The translations under genes and the position numbers were made by a program. A stretch of 64,000 nt of DNA, taken from contig CDMY01000275.1 in assembly GCA_001179505.1 (NCBI GenBank), positions 372,001-436,000 on the forward strand. Direction: 5' to 3'. This DNA is from Vitrella brassicaformis CCMP3155 (taxonomy: Eukaryota > Protista > Chromerida). Under the pieces are notes generated by a model. It was not told the DNA's origin and did no database searches. It saw only the letters and a list, made by a program, of their open reading frames with translations. This document shows, in pieces, positions 1-13,000 of the stretch (position 1 is its first letter; each line of letters starts with the position of its first letter).

Positions 1-120
1 GACATCACACACACAGACACACGCGCCACAGTCAGTATACATCGCGGCGAGAGGAGAGCATCTGCCTCTGTGCGTGCGTAGGTCGTGTGTGTGTGTGGTG
101 GGGTGCTCTGCTCACTGACT

Positions 121-1121
121 TCAGTGTGCAGAGTGACGTGCAGTGCAGTAATGAGAGCCGTCTGCACCCCCAGCAGGTAGAGCGTTGTGAACCGATGGAA
201 GAGGCAGCTCTTGAGTATCTCATCCACCAGCACGGGGATGATGACGGCGAGCCCCTCGGCCTCCCTCTCGTCCCGCATTGGCTCCAAGAGCCGCAGCAGC
301 TGCACTGTGATGGGCTCCAGGTTTCCCTCCGACACACGGTTGACCAGACCCACCACCTTGGTACGCACACGGCCCACAGTGTCCTCGCCCTTCCCCTGCA
401 CCGACCGCAAGTGCGGCGGCACGTACTTGCTGCTGTTGCCGGGGGCAGACGGCTCGGCCTCTTGCTGCTGCTCTTCCTCTGCTGACGAATCACTCGCCTC
501 GCCCTCGCCTGACTCATCGTCCTCCGCTTGCACAGGGACTGCTCTTGGCCTTGGGTGCTCGTTGCTGACTTTGGTGGCGAGGATTTGGTCGGCGATGTCG
601 AAGCACTCCTCGAGGCCCTCGTCGGCGAGTGTCTGGTGCATCTTGCGCTCCGCCTTGACGCGGCTCTTGTCTGTGGCAGATGCGCCTAAGCCCAACTTAG
701 CCTCCAGATAAGCCATCTCGGTGAGGTCAGGATCATCATCGCCGCTGTACGCCGCCTCTTCGTGATCATTCTCCCCCTCGTCCTCTTCCTCGTCGATAAC
801 ATCATCTGACGCAATGTCGTCTTCACAGTCTTCAGGCTCATGCTTGCTCTCATCTTCCTTCACCGCAGCATGGTTCCGTGCGGCGCTCTTGTGCTGCCGG
901 TGTGACTCATAGTGCTGCTGTTTCTTCTGCTTGGCCTCCTGACGCTGCTGCTTCCGGAGTGCCTTGCGCCCGAGGGGAGCCCTGGCGCGTCGCTTGGCTG
1001 AGGGCCGCTCGCGGAGGGTGCGGAACAGCACTGATGTGGCTGATGGAGGGCCCCTTGACGTGCCTCTCTGGTCGGACTGATGGTTGGTCTTGCTGTGTCG
1101 GCCTTTCATCTGTCCCTTCAT
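121..1121 (-). CDS. NOM1: Nucleolar MIF4G-domain protein NOM1/Sgd1-like, first exon only; gene runs off the left edge of the window
   Basis: The open frame from ATG 1121 (MKGQMKGRHSK...) has a basic N-terminus, an acidic tract, then SKYVPPHLR...VVGLVNRVSEGNLEPI, matching the KYVPP/LNRLSE start of the NOM1/Sgd1 MIF4G domain. GTCAGT donor near 120. It is absent from the ORF track, probably because the frame has no stop before the edge. Confidence 0.8.
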
Positions 1122-1166
1122 TCAACAGGGGAAGAACCTCTTTATCCCCTCTTCAGCTCGCCGCTT

Positions 1167-1177
1167 CTAAGCTCGCA
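1167..1177 (-). promoter_or_regulatory. Candidate promoter motif TGCGAGCTTAG between the divergent NOM1 and DPYS starts
   Basis: CTAAGCTCGCA on + strand, midway in the 99-bp intergenic region. Confidence 0.6.
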
Positions 1178-1220
1178 CCTTTCCTCATCGCTCACACCCA
1201 TTTCCCCCCTCTTTTCCCCA

Positions 1221-4177
1221 ATGGCCGTCGCAAGGCTCTTGTCGCTGGTTTGTGTGGCTGCCGTGCTGTGCCCACCCTCGGTGGTGAGCCAGACATGCAA
1301 GGAAGGCGACAAGTGCAGCGAGGGCGGGGGCGGGAAGCTGCTGATCAAGGGCGGCATCGTGGTCAACGAGGACGTCGAGATGATCTCTGACATCCTCATC
1401 GACAATGGACACATCCAGGTGGGTACATGCGGACAGATCAGCACTGGTGCCTTTGCCTTGCCTTGGCTGCCTTGCAATGTGTCAACCAACGGCGCAACGC
1501 AGCAGCATGCATGGCGCCATGCACACATGTGTGGTGTGCGGGATGGCGTGTGCAGCTGATAGCGACTGAGATCGCCGCTGACAGCGAGACACGAGTGGTG
1601 GACGCCAGGGGCAAGTACGTCATGCCGGGAGGTGAGTGACTGAGTGAATGAGTGAGACGATTGACAACACCACACCGCAGACAGACAGAGGAGATGCGCT
1701 TATGCATGGTGGCATGCATGGGTCTGTGTGTGCGTGTGGTGTCCACGTGTTGGCTTGGCAGGCATCGACCCTCACACCCACCTGGAGATGCCCTTCATGG
1801 GGGAGGTGGCATGCGACACATTCGCCACTGGACACCAGGTGAGTGAGTGAGCATGTGGGCGACAAACACACGCCACACAGGGAGGGGACGACACAAACCA
1901 TGCTCCCCGTTCATTCGGTGTCATCTATCTGATCTGCCAGGCTGCGCTTGCCGGCGGGACGACGATGCACATCGATTTCGCCCTGCCTGTTGACGGGTCG
2001 TTGGTCAAGGGCTGGGAGGAGTGGCGGAAGAAGGCCGCCAAGGCCAACATGGACTACGGATTCCACATGGCCGTCACCGCATGGAATGACAAAGTCGCAG
2101 AGGTACCGCACCTACCGTCACGCTCCCTCCCTCACGCACACACGCATCATATCCGTGTGAGTGCATCGGTCGGTGTGTGGTGTATGCAGGAGATGGAGTA
2201 CTTGGCCAAGAACAAGGGCGTCAACTCGTACAAGTTCTTCATGGCCTACAAGGGGGCGCTCATGGTCACCGATGAGCAGCTCGTCGAGGGATTCAGGCAC
2301 TGCAAGAAGATCGGCGCACTCGCACAAGTCCACGGTAGGTACGCTCACAGCTTCACACGCTGCCACTGATCATCCGAATGGATGGATGGCTTGTGTGTGT
2401 GATCCATCCATCAGCTGAGAATGGTGACGCCGTGGCTGCTGGCCAGAAGTACATCGCAGAGGAGCTGCAAATCCTCGGACCAGAGGTAACGAAGAAAGGA
2501 ACACCACGCCAGCCACAAACCCCAACCAACCAGCTCCACACCCTTGACTGACTTATGCCCGTGTATGTGTGTGTGTTGCATAGGGTCACGCACTGAGCCG
2601 TCCAGCCATTCTAGAGGTGGAGGCCACGGAGCGGGCCATCAACCTCGCCGCGTGGGTCAACACACCGCTGTACGTGGTACGCATCCATCCATCCATCCAT
2701 CCATACTCGATATCAAAGCCCCTACACATACTCGTCCCCTCCGTGTGTGTGTGTGTGTGTGATGTGTGGCCAGGTGCACGTGATGAGCAAGGGTGCGATG
2801 GAGGCGGTTGCGCGTGCCCGGCAGGCGGGCTACCGCATCATCGGCGAGCCCACGGCGGCCGGCCTCACCCTTGACGAGAGCAAGATGTGGGACCCCGACT
2901 TCAAGACCGCTGCTGCCCACGTCATGTCGCCACCCATCAGGAAGCACGATGTCGACGGCATTGCCCTCCAAAACGCTCTCAAGAATCGTGTCCTCTCGGT
3001 AAGTGTGTGAGCATGACAACATGAATACTCGTTCCATCACGGCGTCCATCCCATCCACACACACGTGTTGCATATATGGTTGCTGTCCGTCGGTCTGCCT
3101 GCCTGTCTGTCTGTCTGTCTGTCTGTCTGACCCTGCCTGCAGCTGGTGGCGACCGACCACGCGGTGTTCAACTCCACTCAGAAGGCCAAGGGCAAACACG
3201 ACTTCCGCGTGCTGCCCAATGGAGTCAACGGTCGGTCAGCTTCGCACACAATGCACAACATACACAACATGCACAACTAGCTTGCCATCCGTCCATCTGC
3301 CTGTGGGCTGGATAATGACTAATTTCCTTCCTTGTGTGTGTGATGTGTGCAGGTCTTGAGGAGCGCATCCCGGTGCTGTGGACGACCATGGTCAACACGG
3401 GCAAGATCACGCCGATGGACTTCGTCCGCATCACCTCCACCGAGGCGGCACGAATCTTCAACGTCTACCCTCAAAAGGTAGGTCACGTCACCCACACACA
3501 TCACTGACGCACTCACGGACGGACGGACGGACGGACGGACGGACGCGCAAAGGCGTGGGCTGAAATGCACCCACCCACTGTTTGTGTTGTGTTGTGTGTG
3601 TATGGATGGTATGTGGGTGTCTCACTCAGGGTGTGATTCGCGAGGGTTCTGACGCCGACTTGTATGTGCTTGACCCGACTGTGGAGTACACCATCTCACC
3701 CCAGACACACCACTCGGCCCTCGATACCAACGTCTTCGAAGGGTAAGAGTAAGTCGCCGCAATGCACCGCACCAGACCGCATGGATGTCTACGCGTGTCT
3801 GTGTGTCTGTGTGTTTGTGGTGTGTGTGGTCTGTTTGTTTGTTCCAGCATCAAGTGTCGGGGCAAGGTGGTGACGACCATCAGCCGCGGCGACATCGTGT
3901 GGGACAACAATCAGCTCTTCACCAAAGACGGTCGCGGACAGTAAGAACACACCAATACACACAATACAGCCATAAATAAAGATGGCATCCCCCTGCCCTG
4001 CCCATCTCACTCACATTCGCTGGCGGTGTGGTGGGCTTCGTCTCACGTTCATTCAGGTACATCGAGACGAAGCCCTTCTCGCCCTATCTGTTTGGCGGCC
4101 TGGAGCAGGAGGAGGCCCTCAAGCGGGCCGAGATGAACGCACCCGTCAAGCGCAACCTCGACAAGATCTACGCATGA
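1221..4177 (+). CDS. DPYS: Dihydropyrimidinase (amidohydrolase superfamily), multi-exon, with N-terminal signal peptide
   Basis: Spliced exons give KLLIKGGIVVN, GGIDPHTHLEMPFMG (HxH metal motif), GVNSYKFFMAYKG (carboxylated Lys), QVHAENGD, YVVHVMSKG, VATDHAVFN, PNGVNGLEER and the terminal YIETKPFSPYLFGG...APVKRNLDKIYA* (TGA 4175-4177). Confidence 0.95.
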
Positions 4178-6441
4178 GGGACGGTGATCCCATTGTGGCC
4201 CAGCCCGTACCACCCTGTCCTACCAATTTTGCAAGGAGAGCTGCACACACTTACACACACAACACATACACACCCGAACCTTTATTGCGTTGAGAGACGG
4301 GGCGCGGCGAGGGGTGCGGTGCATGGGGGCGTGTGCATGTGTGTGTGTGTGTGTGTGTGCGTGTGTGCTATGCCACGGGGGAATGTTGGCGTGTGTCTGG
4401 GGGCGGTGAATGTTTGTGTGTTTCAAGCACTGGGAATCGATCGCAAGACGAGCTAAGGCAGCTTTGGGGCATTTTGGGCCTGCTGTGTTGAATTCTATTG
4501 CAATGCATTGCAAACCACTGCATCAATCTGAATGGTTTCTTTTCCTTCCCCCATCACCCCCTACCCTACGCACACCAAGGCACGCCGATGGATGTTGTCT
4601 GGTGTTGTGTTGTGTTGTGGTGTGGTGTGGTGTGTTGTCTGCGTCTTTTTCCATTCTTCCGAGAGAGTACCAGCTAGGTTTTTTCGTCGGACGATTTGCG
4701 ACAAAGGCAAGGGAGCTGCGTCCGTCGATCAGTGTGGGTGGATTGTGTCGGTCCACTTGCTGCACGTCAACGTGGAGGGCATCCATCCATCAGGACATGC
4801 CGGATGTTCCCACTGTTGCCCATGAGGGTGTCGAGACGTGCAGCAAGCGCTCAACACATGACATGACACACACCAGCCCAGCACTAAGGCAATGTATAGC
4901 TACCAAGATATGTGCAAGCAGAGAGGCAAAGTGACACGCGACGCGTATCGTGCGAGTGCGAGTCCCCGATCGATTCGATAAGTGGCTGGGCTGCCGTGTT
5001 GCTCAGCCTGACTGTATGTATGTAACGGACGAGCGAATGTATGTTCTATGTGGATAGCATTCAAGGCAGCCACAGCCAGGAAGGAAGGCCTGCCTTTATG
5101 GCCAGACGGATGGATGCATCGCATCAGTGGGTTGACTGACGGCTGCCTCGAGGCTGTCACCGTGCGATGGATCCGAGGCAAGTTGAACATGGTCTGAGAC
5201 AACATGCATGAGTCAGAGCAGAGCCCTCGTCACGTTTTATCTGTCTGTCCTCACTGCACGCGCTGGACGTGACTGTCGTGCAGGAGAGAGCACGAGAGAG
5301 GGAGCGAGGCGCCGTCTTTTTTGGCTCTCTCTTGCCGCTGCGTTGGGGAAGAGAGGAGGGAGGGCATGACGGACAGGACAGGGGGTGGTGTGAGAGTGAT
5401 GTGATTTCATGTGAGTTAGTGCGCGGCTTCGTCTTGTCGTCACCATGCCGGCGCTCAAGGAGTGCAGACAGGCGCGAAACTTGCGTCTACGCATTCCTTG
5501 AGCTCCGGTTTGGTGACGACAAGGTGTAGCTGCGCCACATGGAAGCGAGCACACACGGGACCGTCAGCGTTGATGCGTGAGGATTGATCAGTCGACCGAT
5601 GGATGCTCCGTGGAGGAACAGCAGGATAGGATGCAGCCAGCCCTCTGGGAACAAACACGTTTTGCGCCATGGTGGGCTGCCTCTCTCTATCTGCACATGC
5701 AATGCAAAAGGTGCGTCCCGTCGAGAGAATCCCATCCATCGCATCGATCACTCGCTCACACGCACTTGCATCGCTGAGAGAGACAGGCAGATTCATGCAA
5801 TCAGTCCAGCCGGCTTGTTATCTCGTCCGCCGTGCATGCCTGAAAGAGACACAGCCCAATCACTGCAGAACATGAATCGACGACATGTGAACGTACGCGC
5901 CTTAGGCCTCATCGAAGTCGTTCGTGACGTGCTCGCCCGCCTTTGAGACACGAGGCTGGGCTACCCTGTGTCCGAAGGCTCCCCTGACATGACGGGCGAG
6001 TCATACGTCCGTGGGCACGCACGGCACGTTTGTGAGAAGCTTCAAGTTGTCCCCACCAAACAAACAGAGTCACACAAAGATCGACAAGACATACAAGGTC
6101 TGTCATGCATTGCATCTGATCCCTGAACACATGCATGCCAGGTAGAACAAGAGATGTCGACTGACCGACGCTGCCTGTCAAGTACAACACTAAAACCACA
6201 CTAACCGGCAGGTTGAACAAATCCCAAATGTACTGACCCACCCCTAGCGACAGCCAGCAATGGCCAGCAGCACAGTTGAGAGCCATGCAGGCAGGCAGGC
6301 AGGCACATCAGATCTGTCTCACTTCGTGCAGGGAGGAAGTCGCCCGTCGAGGCAGCACTTCGTTCACCAAACCAAAACACACAAACACACACACAGACAA
6401 AGCAGCCGAGAGACATGCACAGCAAACAAGACGACAGGCTG

Positions 6442-9400
6442 TCATCTCCACACCACCGAGACAGCCATCCCCAGCGCCAAGGCTGCAGCAGTCCGAGCAA
6501 CTTCTGCCCCCCTCCTGGCGGCTCGCCCCGTCGTGTCTCCCCCGCCCCAGTCAACCTTATCGTCGCCCCCCCCCGATGGCTTCGGTGTCGTCGACACTTC
6601 ACACTCGTTGCCAATGCACACCCCCGGGCCGCCTGGGTCGATAATGCCATCGTCAGGAGGGGCTATGGTGGGTGGCGGGGTGGGGAGGTCTGCTGGCGGG
6701 TCGACCCCTTCCAGAAAGACAGGGCAGTCTTCCCAGGGGTCAGTTGGGGCGTCTGCGGCGCTGCTGACGACACGGATGAGGACAACAGCTCGTGCTTCCT
6801 CGTTAGCAGTGCCGCCAATGGCCTTCACCGTGTACACCTTGCAGTCTGAAAAGACGAGAGCAGTAGGAAGTCAAGGAAGGCACACGAGCGAGACACGAAG
6901 TCTGTGCCCAGTGAGCCGACCGCTCTGTGCTGTGGGGACGCCCCTCACAATGCCGGTCTCTGGCTCTATCCACATGCCGTCGGGAAGGTTCACAACGCGC
7001 GCATAGGAGCTCACGGGACCCTGAATGGTCGGTGACAACTCATAGTATTTGCCAACTGCATGAGTGAGTGAGACACACAAAGAAAGTGCCGGCAGGACAC
7101 GAGATGGCGTCTGTCTTTGTGTGTAGGATGAAATGCTGACCGAGGAGAGTGACATCCTGCGGGTCATAGAAGTAGCCATTGGGTACCTGCTCCCTCACGG
7201 AGTGCTGGTCAAGCAGCTCACAGTGTTTTCCGATGAACCCCGGAGGGCACACGCAGCGGTTGTACTTCCACACGCCTCCCTGTTCACACGGCGAGCCGAA
7301 GCAGACGGTGTTGATCCTGGGGCACTGCAGGCTCCCACTCATGTTCGGCACGGTCTTCTGCACGCCGGCCTCAGACGCGGTGCATGTGACAACATATTGG
7401 AGAACTCCGTTGTTCACTGTGATTTCCACTGCGCCGTACACGGGCGTTCCGTCGGCAAGTGTGCCGCTCTGGATGCACTTGCGGGGGAAACACTGGCCTG
7501 CGCAGACATGCTCAAGACATGGGTTCACATGGAGAAATGAGTGGGTGTCTTGTCGCATGTGTTGTCTTGTCGCATGTGGAGACGTACCCCTGAGCATCGG
7601 CGAGGGCTCGCCGACAAACTGGAATCCCGTGCGGATCAAATCGCTGTGGAAACACCTCGAAGTCGGGCTATGTGCTTGGCCTTCCTGGGCCCACTCGGCA
7701 AGGAAGCTGGCTTCGTCGGTGCAGTGGCCATCACTATACGCCTCCCTGGCCGGACAATAGTCCATGAAGATTCCAGAGCCCCCCACAGTCGGATCGCTAA
7801 AATACGAGAAGGCCTCTGGCAATGGCCCGCTCGCAACGCCGATTGTGCAATACCCTCTTGCCATCCTGTTCTGCGTGCACAGGGAGAGGTCTCTTGCAAG
7901 GCACCAGGGGGATGTGGATGTGGTAGACTCGATCTCCGCCTGCTGCGAGGCCGAGACACATGGGCCGCTAACGAATTTGCAGCCGTCGCCGGTGAACTCG
8001 TCGCGACCCCTGACAAGACATGGATAGGTGGATATGCGGAGACACATGCGTTGTGAGCCGTTCTGTGAGTACCACATCATTTCGCCCGCAGTGCTAAAGT
8101 CACTTCTGTACCTACATTTGCCGATAGTCGTGGGCGACAAGAATGTGTGTCTCAAAGGTGTATTCGCCGCTCGCTCACCAGCCGCTGTCGTGAAAGTATG
8201 CGAGAGTGAGGGGGCTGAGCACAGGATACTCTGAAGTAACCGGTGACATGACCTCAAAGGGGCCGAGACGCCTCTCCCAATGCTGATACTTTGAACCTTG
8301 ACCAACACGCACCCACACACACCAACAAGTCAACACACGTGCAGACCGCTGTCAGCCTCCAAGAAGCTGTACCTTGCTCGCCTTCGTTCTCCAGGTAAAC
8401 ACCGTCGAGCGTGTCGCACCCAAAGTACTTTCGCGCCTTCTCAACCACCTTGGGCGTCTTCAGTTTGGCATTCGTAATGCCCTTACTCGTCTCTAGCACA
8501 AGCACAGAGTCAGGGGCCTGGTAGCGCAGGTTTTCATCCGAGGATCTCGGAGGCCTAGCAGACGAAAGATTGAAAGGCTGGAGTGCGAAGGAAACAGGAC
8601 AGGCCATGTGTCTCGCATACCGGCCATTTGACTCTCTCGGGCTGAGTGGCGTGCCATCCTGGGCACGAAAGAAGGCCACGTCGACGCCGCTCCAGCCGAG
8701 GCTGTGGTATATCTCGTGTAGGATGAAGCCAACCTCCTCCCTCCATAGAAAGGGGTCGTTGTTGCCGTTTATGCGGCTCGGGCAGATGTTGATGTATCCT
8801 GCTACCGGGCGATCGAACTGGTCCCGCATGCACGCACCGGCATAGCCGACTGTGCCGAACCCACACACTTGTGTGTCCTTGGCCGTGGCATAGAGCACGA
8901 AATCGGTTTGTTTCAGACCGGTGCCCGCTGCGATGACTTGACACTGCGAAGGCGTGATGGGGCACCGGAATGTCTTGCTGAGCAAGAGACACATGGGGGA
9001 CAGAGAGACATGAGCCCCCACAAATCGCCCGGTTCCCGATTGAGTCCTCTCTCGCCTCACTTACCCAAAGTGGTCCTCCGGTATTCCAGTCTTCTCCCCA
9101 CATGTGTTGTAGTTGAGGGAAATGGTCTGGCACAGGTCAGGGTCGGACGGATCAGCCCCTTCAACTGAACTCCACCGGAACCCACACGCCCGGGGAAGCA
9201 AAAGGTTCCCCTCGACAGGGATGACTCTCAGTGACCGCTTCACGATGTTCACGGCGGCCGGCAACAGGTCATTCACCGCATAGTCCAGCAGTGCAGGGGA
9301 AAAGGCGTAGTCATCACGCAATTCGGAGTCATCAACTAAGACGCGGATGGGCTCGAACTGCGATGAGGCGATCTGCAGCCGCCTCCCGGTCCTGTAGTGG

Positions 9401-9726
9401 GGATGGCCTTGGGGGTAAGCAACGCTGCCGAACTTGGTGTCGTCCCAGTCCTTTTGCAGACGCTCCTTCTCGTGGGCCTGATGAGAAGAAAACACAAACA
9501 ACCACATACAAGCACAAGAGGTAGATGACCCGCGGGCATCGTGATCGATGTATGGATAGGCGTGTACGTGCAGCCTTCGCCGTGAGGGCGGTGTTGGCAA
9601 TGGAAAGGCGCTGCCCGTGTTGGTTTGGTGAGGGAAGCCGTGATGGTCATGACTATGGAGATCGTCACATTGTATGAGCCTCAGCGGTGCCAAGAATGTG
9701 AAGATGAAGAAGAGGGGCGCCTGCAT
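6442..9726 (-). CDS. Leishmanolysin/GP63-like (M8) zinc metalloprotease with EGF-like and Ig-like domains and a hydrophobic C-terminus
   Basis: Signal peptide MQAPLFFIFTFLAPL. Motifs: DFVLYAT, RPVAGYINICP, HEIYHSLGW (HExxH), LENEGEQG, HWERR (third Zn ligand), EVMS Met-turn, LSPLTLAYFHDSGWY. EGF CVCPPGFIGKHCE, Ig-like LPDGMWIEPETGIVRGVPT. Stop at 6442. Confidence 0.9.
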
Positions 9727-9775
9727 GGCAAGTCGCGGTCGGGGTCTGAGACAGGGTTTCGAGTTTCGGGTTTCT

Positions 9776-9784
9776 TGCGAGCTT
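9776..9784 (+). promoter_or_regulatory. Candidate promoter motif TGCGAGCTT between the divergent GP63-like and VTC starts
   Basis: Exact 9-mer, 50 bp from the GP63-like ATG. Confidence 0.55.
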
Positions 9785-10054
9785 GGCTGAAAATCAATCC
9801 TGTTGAGGGAGGCGCCTCCACATCCATCTGTGCTTCTTTTTGATCACTGGCAAAGATCCCATCGAGCGCAGACGCCCGCAGCAGAGGTCTGCAGGGCACT
9901 CATCATCACCACGCTGGCGGGCGGTGCATGACTGAGCGGCTGATGCGCAGATCCACCCTCGAGACGCGAAGCGGCCATCTCACTGATTGAGATTTTCCCT
10001 TTGAATCGGCTTCCGTGCTCCCGCCTTTTTCCCTGCGGCTGATTGATTGTCGTG

Positions 10055-13000
10055 ATGAAGTTCGCGAAGCGTCTGCAGGAGCTGGCCGAGCCCAAGTACC
10101 GTCAGTTTTACATCTCTTACAAGGAGCTCAAGAAGGCCATCAAGCTCATCACGGGCAGCGATGTGTCCTCCTACACCATCAAGGAAGTCACCGAGTCTTT
10201 CGGCAACATTCGGGCGCTCGGAGGATCCATCTACAGGTCGGTGGCTGACTCGGCAGGCAGGCAGGCACAGAGGCACAGAGGCACAGAGGCAGGCAGGCAG
10301 GCAGGGAGGATCCTTGACACACACAGCGTGACAGCTCGGTGTTTGTTGTGTGCGTTGGTGTGGTGCAGGCCTCCCGAGTCGCGTTTTCAGGATTTGCTGA
10401 ATCATGAGCTGGACAAGATCAACAAGTTCGCGGGCATCACTGCAACGGCCATCGTCGGCAGCCTCAGGTAAGAGGGACAGACAGCTCACCTCAGGCGGAC
10501 TGCATGACTGACTGACCACTCTGCATGTACGTACGTTTATGCGTGGTGATGAAGGCAAGCGCTGAAGGACATCCGTCAGCTGATGGATCAGCACCAGTCT
10601 GGCGAGCCTCCAGACCCGTCCCACTTCATCCACGAGCTCGAGTCCATCGAAAACGCCATCGACTCACAGGTCACGGACGGAGGGAGGGAGGGAGTGGGTG
10701 ACTGCCTGTACACTGGAGAATGAGGGCAGGGACACCTACCTCGTGCTGTGTTGGTTGCGTGTGTGCAGGCTGAGGAGATAGTGATATTGGATGCGTACAA
10801 GTCGCTCAACTTCACCGGCTTCCGGAAGATCACCAAGAAATACGACAAGAACAACAGATCCGCCGCTGCATCGTGGTACGTATGTATGTGTGTGTACCTG
10901 GACAAACATGGGCCTGCTGCCCTCACTCTGTGTCGCCTGTGCATTGCACTACTCTCTCCGCGTGTGTGCAGGTTCATGTCGCGTTTGACCAAGGAGCAGT
11001 TCATGTTGATCGACTTCGACTACCTGCTGTCCATCCTCAGCGTCTGCTACTCTGAACTCAGAAGGCTCCACGCCATGGAGGCCTCGGAGAGTGACCCACA
11101 AAGGTACGTCAATCAATCGAGACAGGCTCATCCCTTCCACTCCACAAGTCTTGTGAGTCGGTGTCATTCATGTGAGTCAGTCGAGGTGTGTCTGGGACCG
11201 TGGGTGCGAGTGCGTTTGGTGAGCCGGTGGGCGAGAACGAAATCCGAAGCGTCAAGTACTGGATCAACGCCGAGAGCATGAGGTGGGCACATGGACACAC
11301 AGGGGCGGCCCCGCCACATCTGGTGTGGTGCGTGACGTGTGTATAGGGTAAAGGTCAAGATCATCAAGCACGTGCCACTGCTCGCGCAGGGCGGCAAGAA
11401 ACTAGAATACGTGAGTGACACCAGCCTACACCATGCCATGCAGCCCAGCCAGCCACCCAATGTGTGTGTTTCTCACCCATCAACCGGTCAGCCTTCGATC
11501 CAGCACGAGGTGCTGAATCCCCTCACCCAGCCGCTGCAGACCGCATTCGTGCAGCCCGGAGCGTAAGCACACACACAATCCCTGCCTACCTACCCACCTG
11601 CCTGCACGTTCGGATACATACACACATGTGTGTATCTCTGTGTGTCTGTCAGTGACCTCCGGAGCTTCACCAGCTACATCTACTTTGACAACGAAACACT
11701 CGGTAGGTCACGCACAACTCACTGCAAGCGACCGGCGGTACGACTGTCTGTGTGTGTGTGTGTGTCAGATTCGTATTACGAGGTGCTGGATCAGCGTCAG
11801 GACGGTCGCGGGCAGCCCACCCAGATCATCCGATTCCAGTGGCAGGGCGAAAACGACAACCAACCAGACAAAGGTATGTTTTCACAACCTCTCACACGGA
11901 TCAGACCGGCCGCTCTTGTGTGTGCTTCCGCTGCCATGCATGGCACGCACGTCAGACATAGCGATGGTGCTGCAGAACCCCTTCGAGCCAGCACACGATG
12001 CACTCGAGTGGCCCGAGAAAGTCACACACGAGGTGAGCGCGGAAAGATTCTCACTCAATGAATGAATGAATGCATTTTGGTGTGTTGTGTGTGGTCAGGA
12101 GAGTGGCTTGCCTCGCTGTGCGACGGTGAAGCAGCGGCACATCAAGAGCATCCTCGACGGCACCTTCGACATGGACGCATGGTGAGTGAGTCAGGGGGAC
12201 CACACTCGAGACAGACAGACAGATGGGAGAGCAAACAACATGACATCATTCGATGTCGCATGAATGAACGAACGAATAAGTGTATGTGTGCCTTGGCTGG
12301 CTTGTGTCTCAGGTTGGGTCGCAAGCGTGAGCTGGGTATGTCTGACGTCAACCTGACCCTCAAGAAGCAGCACATAGACAACATCATCGCCAGGTACCTA
12401 CCGACAATCAACATAAGACAGACACCACACGACGAACGCGACAGCCACACCAATTCACCCGCCGCATCATGACATGACTCACACGCATGTGTTTGTGTTT
12501 GGCTCCAGGTTGCGTGACAAGAAGGCCAAGCCCATGGTGCGGGCCACCTTTCACCGATCATCATTCCGGTGGGCAAAACCAGCCCAGCATATGATTTCTG
12601 GTGTCATTACTGATGTCTGTCTGTCCGCCCCTCTCTCTCTGATTGCCGGTGTCTGTCTTGCAGCGGTGAGCACGGCAACATCTTCATCAACTTGGACGAG
12701 GAAGTGCGCTTCATGAACGAAGACGTCCCGGCAAAAGACGCTGCCAGTCAGACACACACACACACACACTCACAGAGAGACTCACATGCCATCCACAGCA
12801 CAGCACAGCACAGCACAGCACACACGCAACGTCCACGTTTCCTATATATTCAGACTGGGTTCGTGCCAGCACAGAGGCCCGTGCGTCAGAGGTAACAAGC
12901 CTATGACGCCCAAACCCTCCATCCGTCCCCTGCAGTGATTGCAAAAACCACCCCTCTCTGTGTGGGCTGCTCGTGTGTGTGTGTGTGTGTGCGCGACTGT

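Noticed and set aside
32-1675. Overlapping antisense/alternate-frame ORFs (also 60200-61194, 45104-45415 and many others)
   Set aside because: These are shadows of GC-rich real exons or microsatellite translations (CVCVCV, THTHTH, DRQTDRQ).
5237-5950. Short ORFs between DPYS and GP63-like genes (e.g. ...HPILLFLHGAS...)
   Set aside because: I could not build a consistent exon chain or recognise a family. A hydrolase-like fragment is too short to support.
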